Shown here: positions 10,816-20,385 of the stretch, one piece after another
How the letters are laid out: each line of letters begins with the position of its first letter
Position numbering within the stretch: position 1 is the first letter of the stretch
Assembly: GCA_963785725.1 (NCBI GenBank)
Contig: CAWAWS010000003.1
Coordinates: 448,001 to 512,000 of the forward strand
From: an uncultured delta proteobacterium
GTDB lineage: Bacteria; Myxococcota_A; Polyangia; Palsa-1104
Reading direction: 5' to 3'
Length of the DNA: 64,000 bases
Program-made: the position numbers and the translations under genes
Notes under the pieces: generated by a model
What the model was told of the DNA's origin: nothing
Database searches by the model: none
The model's input: the letters and a program-made list of their open reading frames with translations, nothing else

Positions 10816-12006
10816 ATGCCCGCGCTTAGCCGCGACGATGGCGATCTCGCCTATGCGGTCGTGCTGGCGCTATTCCTTCACCTCGCGCTCATCGCCACTC
10901 TGCAGTGGAACCGAATACGCCCGCAGCGTACCGCCACTACAGTCGGCGAGGCCAGGTCGCTCGCCATCGAGATCGACTTCGCGCACGGTCGTTCAGCGTC
11001 TTCGCAAACGCAACCTGCCCTAGGCGCCTCTGTGCGTCCGCCGCTCGCGCGGCACCGGCGGGAGCCACCGTCGACCCCTGTGTCGGCGGAAGCGGTGCCG
11101 TCGCGGCTCGCGCGCTCGATTCCCCCACGCGTATCGTCGGAGGCTGAGGAATCGCGCGCGATCGTGTCGCCGCGAGAGCCGGCCGGCGGAGCCCTCTGCA
11201 TGCGCGATTGCAAACCTACGCCGGAACCCAGTGACCCGACACCAGCTGCCACGACGGCCCCAGCGGTGGCGATCGCTGAGAGCATCCAGGCGCGCACCCT
11301 GACCGCGCCCGGCGGCGGCAGGATAGTTCTTTATGGCGACGGGGGCCGGCTTCTTTCAGGCGACAATGGCGCGCAACCGAGCGAGCAGGTCTGGAGGCTG
11401 GCGTTGTCGGAGCTGGCGAATGGCAAGGTGGGATCCCGATCGGCTCGGGAGGTTTGCGCCGGCAGCGGAGACTCGCCTACGAAGGAGCGAACGCTGGTCG
11501 TCCTCCTCGATACGTCGGCGTCGATGCGCGGGCTCGGGACGACGTGCGCGGCCGCCGCTGCGCTTTCGGCGCTCGAAAGAGGGGTCGCGGTGGAGGTTTT
11601 GAACTTTTCGACGCGACTGATTCATCAACCGCCCACGCACCTCGCCAAGGATATCTACGACGCCGTTACGACCGTACAGAACGGCCACACCAAGTTATTG
11701 GCCGCGGATTGGTTGGTCAGTCAGCGCGCGCTACCTCGCAACTTCGTCATCGTCAGCGACAGTCGAATCTCCAATCTCGGAGACACTATCCCGTCGTATG
11801 AGCGGGCGATTTCTAGCAATCCCGAGAATCGCGCCGTCTTCTACCTCGTCGGCCCCGGAAGCACACAGTGCCTGGACCAATGCATCAACCCACACACCGA
11901 CGGGGACGACGGTTTCTGCGAGAGCTGTGGAACGGGCCGCGAGCTCGATCAGGTCCGCGCGATCCAGTCGGCTGGATTCCAGGTCGTGAGGATCACCGAT
12001 AAATGA
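10816..12006 (+). CDS. Membrane-anchored von Willebrand factor A domain protein
   Basis: N-terminal TM segment, Pro-rich linker, MIDAS motif LLDTSASM, IVSD. Confidence 0.7.
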   Translation: MPALSRDDGDLAYAVVLALFLHLALIATLQWNRIRPQRTATTVGEARSLAIEIDFAHGRSASSQTQPALGASVRPPLARHRREPPSTPVSAEAVPSRLARSIPPRVSSEAEESRAIVSPREPAGGALCMRDCKPTPEPSDPTPAATTAPAVAIAESIQARTLTAPGGGRIVLYGDGGRLLSGDNGAQPSEQVWRLALSELANGKVGSRSAREVCAGSGDSPTKERTLVVLLDTSASMRGLGTTCAAAAALSALERGVAVEVLNFSTRLIHQPPTHLAKDIYDAVTTVQNGHTKLLAADWLVSQRALPRNFVIVSDSRISNLGDTIPSYERAISSNPENRAVFYLVGPGSTQCLDQCINPHTDGDDGFCESCGTGRELDQVRAIQSAGFQVVRITDK

Positions 12007-12136
12007 ATCGAGACGCGATCAGAGGATAGCCCGACGAAGCCCGGCTGACGCCGCACGCCGGCGAAACGCCGGCGATGGCGAATCGCCGCAGCCGCGGCGT
12101 CAGCCGGGCATAGATAGATATCAACGGACGGCCGGA

Positions 12137-13129
12137 TCACCTCGAGATGACCGGCCCGTTCAAGGGGAGGTCGATGCGGCGGCTAGGTATCAGCAGCAGC
12201 TTCCCACTCGCCTTGCCGCTCATGCTGATCTCCATCGCCTCGCGCCACTGCTCGAGCGGGAAGGTGCGGGCGATGGGAATGCTGAACCTCCCGGCCGCTG
12301 CAGCCTGCGCCGCCTCTGCGAACGTCTCGTAGCGCAGCGGAAGCCCCGAGTCGTAGTTACCACGCACGCCGAGCTGCGGGGCCGAGCGATCGGCGATGGA
12401 GAGCACTCGCTTCGGATTGCCGTCCACGATGCGGATGAGCTCGGGCAGCGCGCCGCCGACGGTGTCGAGCACGAGGTCGACGGGGCCGAGCGCGTTCACC
12501 CGTTCGACCATCCCGTCGCCGTACGCGGTCGCCGTCGCGCCGAATTCGCGCAGCTTGTCCGCGTAGGTGGAGCCAGCGGTGGTGAAGACCTTGATGCCGC
12601 GCGCAAGGGCGATCTGCACCGCGCCGAAGCCCATCATCGAGCCGCCGCCGTGGATCAAGAGCGTCTGCCCGCTCTTCACGCCGAGGGCGTCGAGCGCATG
12701 ATGACCGATGATCGCGGCCATGGGCAACGCCGCCGCGAGATTCATGTCGAGACCGGCGGGCACCTTCGCCCAGTGGTCGAGCACGGCGACGTCGGATGCG
12801 CCGGCGCTCGGGTAGCTGGCGAAATCGGCGAAGCCGAGCACCTTGTCGCCGACGACGACGTCAGTGACGCCCGCGCCGACGGCGTCGACGATGCCGGACA
12901 CGTCGATGCCGATCCCGTGCGGCAGCTCCATGTCGTACAGCTTGCGGCACAGCGCCCAGTCCGCCGGGTTCAACCCGCAGGCGTGGACGACGACCCGGAC
13001 GCGGTTCGCGCCCGGAGTGGGGACGGGCGCTTCGTCGAGCTGGAGCACCTCGGCGGGCTCTCCGTAACCATGGAAGCGGACGGTGCGGATGGTCGAACGA
13101 GCGGCAGTGGGGGTGGTCCTGTCAGTCAC
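12137..13129 (-). CDS. NADP-dependent oxidoreductase (Qor/zinc-independent MDR family)
   Basis: GLNPADW, GIDVSGIVDAVGAGV, LIHGGGSMMG, GKLLL motifs. Confidence 0.9.
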   Translation of the reverse strand: MTDRTTPTAARSTIRTVRFHGYGEPAEVLQLDEAPVPTPGANRVRVVVHACGLNPADWALCRKLYDMELPHGIGIDVSGIVDAVGAGVTDVVVGDKVLGFADFASYPSAGASDVAVLDHWAKVPAGLDMNLAAALPMAAIIGHHALDALGVKSGQTLLIHGGGSMMGFGAVQIALARGIKVFTTAGSTYADKLREFGATATAYGDGMVERVNALGPVDLVLDTVGGALPELIRIVDGNPKRVLSIADRSAPQLGVRGNYDSGLPLRYETFAEAAQAAAAGRFSIPIARTFPLEQWREAMEISMSGKASGKLLLIPSRRIDLPLNGPVISR

Positions 13130-13269
13130 TGAGCACCTCGCGCTGGCGTCGACAGCGCCGAAAGATTGTCGAAGGTGGTGGCGTCGGGTGAAGCCAGCCG
13201 ACCCGCTTGCAATCCATAGCCGGCTACCGAGATTAAATGCCGGCTACCGAATGTCAAGCCGTGTTGATC

Positions 13270-13713
13270 TCAGCCGCGGAGGTTCGCGTCGAGCCGCTCG
13301 AGCAATTCAAAGAGTTGGGTTCGCTCTGCGTTCGAAAATTCTGCGAGCGCCTTCTCTTCCACCTGCCGCAGTCCCCGAGGGAGGTGGGTACGAAGCCGTG
13401 CACCGGCCGGTGTCAGGTGGATCGTGGTCTGGCGTCCGTCGGTCGGATGTCTCTTGCGGACCACGATCCCGGCCGCCGCCATTCGCTGGAGCGAGCGGAC
13501 GACCGTCGGGCCCTCTACGCCGATCGCCTCCGCAATTTCCCCCGGCGTCTGACCGTCTTGCTCCCAGAGTCGTTCAAGGATGAAGTTTTGGCCCGCGTGA
13601 ACGCCATGGCGCTCGAGCGCCACCTGTATCGACGCATTGAGCGCGCGAGCGACACGGGCCATCACGTGAAGAAGGGAAGGAACGGCCTCCTGTTTCTGCC
13701 GGCGGGTGCTCAT
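13270..13713 (-). CDS. MarR family transcriptional regulator
   Basis: wHTH with EGPTVVRSLQRM...DGRQTTIHLTPAG. Confidence 0.9.
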   Translation of the reverse strand: MSTRRQKQEAVPSLLHVMARVARALNASIQVALERHGVHAGQNFILERLWEQDGQTPGEIAEAIGVEGPTVVRSLQRMAAAGIVVRKRHPTDGRQTTIHLTPAGARLRTHLPRGLRQVEEKALAEFSNAERTQLFELLERLDANLRG

Positions 13714-13822
13714 CGGAGAAGTGTTACAGCGGCTGGGCCTATCTCATAACCACTTTCGTTCGCGCGTCGTATCGGGACGGCTCAGGAGTAGTCCGCGACG
13801 ATTCACCACTCGAGACGGAATG

Positions 13823-14350
13823 TCATTCGTAGCGCAGTGCATCGACCGGATCGAGCCGCGCGGCGCTCCGCGCCGGCATGACACCGGCGATCACGCCGAC
13901 GATTGCGGCGAAGCCGAGGGTCGTCGCCACGATCCAGGGCGAGAGCTGCACGGGAAGCGCCGGCACGGCGAGGCGCAAGAGCGCGATGATACCGGCGCCG
14001 ATCGCCAGCCCGATGATGCCGCCGAGCGACGCGATCACCACGGCCTCGACCAAGAATTGCATAAGGATGGTCGTCCGCGTCGCGCCGACCGCACGCCGCA
14101 CGCCAATCTCGCGGGTCCGCTCGCGCACCGATACCAGCATGATGTTGGCGATTCCGATACCGCCGACGACGAGCGCAATCGACGCGATGGCCAGTAGCGC
14201 GACGGACATCATCGCCATGATCGAGTTGACCGTCGCGAGCAGGTCGTCTTGCGAGACCGCAGTAAAATCGACGGTGTTGTTGTGACGCCGCTTGAGCACC
14301 TCGCTCACGTCCGCGATCGCCGCCTGCGTGCAGGACTCGTTGACCAACAT
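13823..14350 (-). pseudogene. 3' fragment of a MacB/FtsX-type ABC transporter permease (5' part missing)
   Basis: GGIGIANIMLVSVRERTREIGVRRAVGA...PARSAARLDPVDALRYE; the sequence upstream of about 14350 is unrelated. Confidence 0.8.
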
Positions 14351-14735
14351 GCTCGCCGGCGACATCGTGCCGCTCATCAGCCCGGTGCAAAGCCCGCAGA
14401 TCGGCGGCGCCAGCCTGTTCACGACGCAGACGCTCGCCTCGAGCACGCCGACGGTGAGCTGGACGGCGCCGACGCTGGGCACGCCGCTGCAGTACTCGGT
14501 GGTCTTCATCCCCGTTTATTACGACTCCAACGCCAACAACACCTACGGCGGCGCGCGCATCAGCTTCTTCACGGCGACGACGTCGGTGACGGTGCCGCCG
14601 GGCGTGCTCGCCGCGGCGCAGCCCTACGTCGTCGAGATCATGGCCAACCGCAACCCCAACTTGACGGCGCCCAACCGCGACGTCGAGACCAACAGCACGG
14701 CGGTCGTCATCTCGGCGCTGCTGACGACGCCGTAG
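14350..14735 (+). pseudogene. 3' fragment of a fibronectin-III-like surface protein (5' part missing)
   Basis: TPTVSWTAP...YSV...TTSVTVPPGVL...YVVEI; strong GC3 bias; no signal peptide or credible start. Confidence 0.6.
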
Positions 14736-14807
14736 CCGTCAGTCGTCGCTGCGAAGTCACCGCGAGGTGCTCCGGTCGCTCCATCCGGCCGGCTTCGAGC
14801 TCGCGGG

Positions 14808-14868
14808 AAAAGAAAGGAGCCCGCCTAATCTGGTCCATTCATGGGATGGCCGAGCTAAGCGGGCCTCC
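14808..14868 (-). terminator. Long hairpin followed by a U-tract (intrinsic terminator-like)
   Basis: Minus strand GGAGGCCCGCTTAG...TTAGGCGGGCTCC followed by TTTCTTTT; the G-U pairs form only on the minus strand. Confidence 0.5.
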
Positions 14869-15126
14869 CCGCTGGACTTGAGATTTCGTCGTGAGAGAGG
14901 TGCGGACGGTCCAGGCCGTCCGCACACGTCAGGACGAACGAGCGCGATTCTGGTTGTCCGGTCGGTATCAGGCGGACCGCAGACATCGAGCGAACGCCGT
15001 TCCCCGTGATTGTCCCGCCGGTGTCCCCCGGTGCGACTGAAGCCGCGGAGCATGTTTTCGCGTGCGACATGATGACGCACCTAATCACGCGATGAGCCCT
15101 GGCGCCCGAGACCATACGATGACGAG

Positions 15127-15885
15127 ATGGGAAGCGTGGCTTGGTTCATGGTATCCGGGACGGCCGTCATCGTGCTTGCGAACGGCGACGGCGTCCAGAT
15201 GACGATCGATCAGCGCGTCATGGAAAACCAGGTCAAGCGCGCCCCGAACGCCATCAAGTACGAGATCATCGACAACCGTTTGGTCGTTGGCGGACTCGGC
15301 CCAGGAACTCTAACTGCCATCGATAGCCGAACGAAGAAGCCGGCGCTGGACGCAAACGGACAGATCCTGTTCGACTATGACTTCCATCGTTTTCTAAAGA
15401 GTGTCGCCTCGTCGATGAAAAAGAGTTTCTCTGGGGACGCGTTCGCCCATTCCCTTTCGAGCGCTGCGCAAAAAACGTTCGCCCCAGCGGCGGGCATCCT
15501 CAGGGACAGGAATGCCGTCCAGTACGTGGTGATCGGCGTAGAAGCTGGAAGGCCGCGTGGATGGCTGACTAGCATTGATGGCGGCTCCCATTTTGCGATG
15601 AGACTTGAACCGATCCCAATGCCTGTTCTCGACCCGAAGACGGGCCGGTGGAGTGACACTGCATTGCTGGCGGGAATGGAGGGCAATCAACCAGCGATGA
15701 TCGCTCGCGTCAATGTGGAGCAGCCCGCGCTGTTTGAGTCGCCAACCTTCGCGAACATAGCCAAAGCGGCTGGCTACGTCATGTCCTATGAAGCCGCGGC
15801 GAACCCGAACGTCGGAGAGCCGTTCGACCAATTTCTGATTGGGACGGATGGCGTGATTCACCATCAAATCTGGAGCGCGCTGTAA
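15127..15885 (+). CDS. Hypothetical protein resembling the proteasome-beta/Ntn-hydrolase fold
   Basis: G-T-AVIVLANGDGVQMTIDQR resembles TT.v.....DGVV.aaD.R; VVIGVEAGRP; C-terminal NVGEPFDQFLIGTDG. Confidence 0.55.
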   Translation: MGSVAWFMVSGTAVIVLANGDGVQMTIDQRVMENQVKRAPNAIKYEIIDNRLVVGGLGPGTLTAIDSRTKKPALDANGQILFDYDFHRFLKSVASSMKKSFSGDAFAHSLSSAAQKTFAPAAGILRDRNAVQYVVIGVEAGRPRGWLTSIDGGSHFAMRLEPIPMPVLDPKTGRWSDTALLAGMEGNQPAMIARVNVEQPALFESPTFANIAKAAGYVMSYEAAANPNVGEPFDQFLIGTDGVIHHQIWSAL

Positions 15886-15961
15886 TCGAAGGAGTGGAAG
15901 GGTCGCGGCGGACGCCGCTGAGGAATGCTGCGTGCGAACGCGCGCGGGGAGGAGTACGGCA

Positions 15962-16900
15962 ATGCCAGATTTCATGACGTTCAATCGTGCCTGGACCGAA
16001 ACATCCCTCGGAGCCCGCTTGAAGATCGAGGTCGCTGACATCCTCCGTGAGTGGGAAGCACAGCATCAGGCGGCGAGGCTGGAACTCTACCACTACACGA
16101 CTGCCGACGGCCTTCTCGGAGTGTTGACCAAGCGTCATCTATGGGCCACCGACGCGTCGTACCTGAATGACCGCACTGAAGGGAAACACGCCCACGCCTT
16201 GATGCAATTGGCTTACGATGCTAAGCGCAAGCACGCGTCTCCAATCGTCCAAGCGCTGACCACTCGCAGTATCGGACCATCGCTGGACGGGTTCATCACC
16301 CATTACGTTACATGCTTCTGCGAACACGGCGACTTGCTAAGTCAGTGGAGAGGATACGGCGCGCGCGGCGGCGGGTACGCCGTCCGCTTCAAATTTCCTC
16401 CGATCGGACCACCGCTCGCCAATATCCGATTTCGGAAAGTAATCTATAAGGCGGATACACAACGGCACTTCATAGAATCGATCTTAGGAATAGCAAGTAC
16501 AGCTTTAGAGGCTGAGACAACGGGACAGACACTTGAACAGGCGCGGGGCGTCATTGCCGCTGCCAGTGCATTCGTCGCAGACTTCATGACGGAGTTCGAG
16601 ATCTCCTTCAAAGATCCGAGCTTCGCAGAAGAACACGAGTGGAGAGCAATCCAAACCGTTTACGGCCCCGCGGTCGATGACCACTTGAAGTTCCGAGTTG
16701 GCAACGGACAGATAGTTCCTTATCGCGAGTTAGATCTGACGGATAAGGCCGGCGTTTTGACTGGGCAATTGCCGATCCACCAGATCATGATAGGTCCAAC
16801 GCTCGACCAAGGGCTTACCCACAAAGCCATTCGGAATCTGTGTTATCAGCAAAAACTCTCGTTCTGCGAGATCAAGAGCTCCGGTGTACCGCTGAGATAG
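15962..16900 (+). CDS. DUF2971 domain protein
   Basis: LYHYTT, YLNDRTE, CFCEHGDLLSQWRGYG, KDPSFAEEHEWR, IMIGP; GGAGGAG Shine-Dalgarno. Confidence 0.85.
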   Translation: MPDFMTFNRAWTETSLGARLKIEVADILREWEAQHQAARLELYHYTTADGLLGVLTKRHLWATDASYLNDRTEGKHAHALMQLAYDAKRKHASPIVQALTTRSIGPSLDGFITHYVTCFCEHGDLLSQWRGYGARGGGYAVRFKFPPIGPPLANIRFRKVIYKADTQRHFIESILGIASTALEAETTGQTLEQARGVIAAASAFVADFMTEFEISFKDPSFAEEHEWRAIQTVYGPAVDDHLKFRVGNGQIVPYRELDLTDKAGVLTGQLPIHQIMIGPTLDQGLTHKAIRNLCYQQKLSFCEIKSSGVPLR

Positions 16901-17155
16901 CAATAACCGATGCAACATCTGAAACGCGACTAACCAGCCTCGCCGAGGCCGATATCCAAGCGCAGACTCTTGGCGTCGACCTCGACGGCGATTCGATTTC
17001 GGTCATGACCTATCCTCCCTCATAGCTGCATTCAAACCATCTGAAGTAGCCGACCTCTCCAGCCGATCTTCCGGCCGGTCGAGGACTGGCTGACATTGCT
17101 ACCCCTCCGATATCGAAGATACACGCCGCCGTCGACCGCGACGAAATGCGCGCGT

Positions 17156-17914
17156 TCAGGGCAGCTCGACGCGCCAGACCTGCTCCTTCGGATCGATCGG
17201 CGACGCGACATAGTGGACCTTCCACTTGTCGTGCTCGGTCGGTCCGACGGTGTCGCCTTCGGGCAGCGGGCTGCCTCGATCCATCACGTAGCCCAAGAGG
17301 TCGAACAGCGTCGCCAGCGCCTCACCCGACTTGGCGCGCGGCACCGTCAGCAGCAGATTGGGCAGGCCGAGCTGCTTCATGCCGAGGCTGAGCAGGCTCA
17401 CACGCGCCGTGCCTTCGTTCGCCAAGCTCACGCCATTCCACAGCACGAGGCGCGCGAACACGGCCGGATTGGCCGCAACCTCGACGACAAACTTGGGATC
17501 GTGGGTGGCCTGCGCCTCGCCCCAGTAAACGCCGACCGCCGGCGATACCTGCGTCACCGCCGCCAGGAGCGACGTGAACCGCTGCAGCGTCTCGACCGGC
17601 TTATCGCCCGCCCCAAACTTTAAAGTGACGACGAGATGCGCCTGATGCGGCGGCAGCTTCCAGCCCGTCCCCAGCGACGACAAGCTGAAGCGCGCCGCAG
17701 CATCGGCCTCGCCCTTGGGCACTGGCGCTTGCATCAGCGCCACGAACGCCGTCCCGTGCGTGCCGAGGTCGAACATCGCCACCGGCGTCGTGCCGTCGCT
17801 CTTGGTGCCCTCTACGCGCAGCGATTCGCCTTCGGCGAAGTGCGCGTAAGCGCGCGCCACCTCGACCTCCTTGGGCATGACCGGCTTCGACAGCAATACG
17901 AAGGCGAGGTTCAT
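17156..17914 (-). CDS. DUF4261 domain protein
   Basis: HQAHLVV, GVYWG, SLGMKQLGLPNL, EGDTVG pattern. Confidence 0.7.
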   Translation of the reverse strand: MNLAFVLLSKPVMPKEVEVARAYAHFAEGESLRVEGTKSDGTTPVAMFDLGTHGTAFVALMQAPVPKGEADAAARFSLSSLGTGWKLPPHQAHLVVTLKFGAGDKPVETLQRFTSLLAAVTQVSPAVGVYWGEAQATHDPKFVVEVAANPAVFARLVLWNGVSLANEGTARVSLLSLGMKQLGLPNLLLTVPRAKSGEALATLFDLLGYVMDRGSPLPEGDTVGPTEHDKWKVHYVASPIDPKEQVWRVELP

Positions 17915-18756
17915 CGACGACGTCCCTTTGTTTTCGGCGTGGCATGCACGACGCCGCCGAGCAGCGCCAGGCATACGACCCATCGCCCCGTGGTGAAGAT
18001 GGCGATTCCCCTTTGCGAACGAGCGCAGCCACTATAGCCAATCGAGACTGGCAGCGGTGTGATCGTCGTCAGCGCTGCACGCGAAACCCGGCGAGCTCGT
18101 GGGAGACGTGGCGGGCGGTGTCGTCTTCGGATTCGAGGTGAACGCAGTGCGACGACGCAGCACCGTTACGGCCCGCTAGTGAGGACGCGTGGCGATCGGC
18201 GACGAATCGAAAGTCGGGTGACTGCTATCACCGACATCGTCCAACCCAACGCGGTTTACCGGAGCATAGATCTTTCGTTGGTCACGGCCTCCGCGCTTCG
18301 CGAAACACCGGCACGATCACCATCACAGAGTGAAACCCGCCGCCTCTCCTCACCTAGATTGGTATCGATTTTAGTCGGCCTATGGATGGCGACAAGCATC
18401 CTGGTCGGATTAGCCGTCGCCGCGCGATTAGACAGGCTCGAGCGCGAGAACGAGGAGATCCGTCGAGCTGCGATCCACTACCGCCGCGTCGCGATTGACG
18501 CGAGCGAGCAGTTAGGCGTTTGCAGAGGACTCGTCGACAACCTGTCGAGATGAGCTAACGATACACTGCCCGGCGTTTCGCGCGCGACTCGTCGCCTCCT
18601 ACGCAGGCGGTCTGCTCGAGAGCTTTTGGGGCCACGTCTACGACGGCGACAGCTAGCCGCGAGGCGTCGGCGGCGGCCGCCACTTGCCAGTCGATCGACG
18701 ATCTAAGGGCAAGACCGGCGGCGGATCGAAGAAGCCGAGATAGACAAACGGGCCGC

Positions 18757-19950
18757 TTATTTACTGTCGCCATAGCCGATGCGGAACAGGCGATCGCAGC
18801 CGGCGTGGGAGACGAGGTCGGCGGCGTCGCGACCGCTGGCGGCGATGGCGCGCTGCAATCCCACGTCGCAGGTGGCAAGCGCCGCTTCCGCGGCGTCGAG
18901 CGGGCGCAGCTCGCGCGCGGCGATGAACACGTTGGCCAGGTACGCCAATTCGCCCATGCGCGCGGCGACGACGTCGGCCGGCAAGGTCGCCAGCGTGCGT
19001 CGCAACAGCGACGCCGGCGCGGCCACGTCGCCTTCCAGCCGCGGCGTGGCCGCGCCGGCCGTCGCCGGCTCGTCGAGCCATGTGGCCAGGCGCGCACCGT
19101 CGTCGTCGACGGCCGCTGCGCTCGCGGCGCTGGCGCGGATGGCGGCGTCGGCGTCGTACTCGCGGAAGTAGGCGGCGGTGAGCGGATCGCGCGGCGCAGC
19201 CAAGGCGGCCGCAATGGCGGCGTCGTCGATGCGCGGCAGCGCCAGAAAGCCGCGCGCGGCGGCGGGCGCGACGTGGCCGGCGCGGGCGCGGCGGTCTTCG
19301 CGCGCGGCGGCGGCGTCTTCGGCCAGCATGTCGGCGGCGCTCAAGACGTCGATGAGGCTGCCGTTGTCCTTGATCCACTCGCTGTCGGCGCGAAACAGGC
19401 GCTCGCACAAGCGGCGCACGAGGTCGGGGTGGCGCTCATCGAGCGCGGCGAGCGCGCCGCTGAGGGCGTCCCAGCCGTCGCTGCTGCGGGCCAGCAGCCG
19501 ATAGTTGTCGAGCTCGAGACTGGGGCCATCTTCGAGCAGCCGCTCCAACTCGGCGTCGATGGCGCTGAGCGCCACTTCGTCGAGGTCGACGACCACCAGC
19601 AGCTCGTGGAGCGCCAGCGCCAGTAGGTCTTCCGACAGCTCGGCGAGCGTGTCGACGGTGAAGCGCTCGCCCGCTTCCAGCATCACCTCCAGCCACAGGC
19701 CGAAGCGCTCGGGGTCGAAGTGCGGCGACTGGCCGGGACGCGCGCTGTGCCACAGGTCCTCGTCGAAGATGCGCTCCAGCTGCGGCACGGTAGCCAGCGC
19801 CACCAGCTCGCCGGCGTCGGCCAGGCCGACGTGGTCGATGAGGGCCAGCAAGCGCGCCGGCGGCAGCGCTTGCACGCGCGCGACCAGGTGGGGCTGCTCG
19901 AGGATGCGCGCCAGCAAGGTGCGCGCAGGGACGGCCAGTGAGTCGCTCAT
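18757..19950 (-). CDS. Conserved hypothetical protein (DUF6178-like, tentative)
   Basis: 397-aa ORF with strong codon bias; GLADAGELV, DEDLW, RRARAGHV, ELAYLANV. Confidence 0.6.
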   Translation of the reverse strand: MSDSLAVPARTLLARILEQPHLVARVQALPPARLLALIDHVGLADAGELVALATVPQLERIFDEDLWHSARPGQSPHFDPERFGLWLEVMLEAGERFTVDTLAELSEDLLALALHELLVVVDLDEVALSAIDAELERLLEDGPSLELDNYRLLARSSDGWDALSGALAALDERHPDLVRRLCERLFRADSEWIKDNGSLIDVLSAADMLAEDAAAAREDRRARAGHVAPAAARGFLALPRIDDAAIAAALAAPRDPLTAAYFREYDADAAIRASAASAAAVDDDGARLATWLDEPATAGAATPRLEGDVAAPASLLRRTLATLPADVVAARMGELAYLANVFIAARELRPLDAAEAALATCDVGLQRAIAASGRDAADLVSHAGCDRLFRIGYGDSK

Positions 19951-20385
19951 GGTCGCACCCTACGACCGCGGCGTCGTCGGAAAATAGCGCGAAAATGACA
20001 GACGGCGCGCGCGCGATCTGGCAGAATGAGGGCAGAAGTCGAGGTTGCCGCGCGAGAATCTTCGCGGCCGCGAGTTTCACTTCGGCTGCGTCCATCGTCG
20101 CCCCGGTCAGCGACGGGACTATCCACCGAGGCGGGTTTTACGCCGGTCCATCAGTGCTTCGTCGCCCGCACTCGCTGACCGCGAGAGGCCAGCGAGTCTG
20201 CCGCGGCAGCGCCGCCGGACCCGCATCGAGCGCGCGTAGACGCGCGAGCGCCTGCTGATAGATCGGCAGGCCGAGCGGATCGAGCAGCACGAGGCGCTCC
20301 GACGCACGACGCGCACTGCCGCAATCGCCGATGCATGCACCACCTTGGGTCCGTGCGAGGAGGAGTTGAGCCGCGCAGCGAGCGT

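Noticed and set aside
16871..17096. Two short minus-strand ORFs with Shine-Dalgarno-like sequences
   Set aside because: No recognisable motif or codon bias; the second runs antisense into DUF2971
14740..17150. Integron cassettes or prophage as the source of the lower-GC genes
   Set aside because: No paired attC boxes, integrase, tRNA or flanking direct repeats recognised
18059..18553. Possible small TM plus coiled-coil protein (SILVGL twice)
   Set aside because: Start unclear and no family resemblance; may be real but cannot be supported
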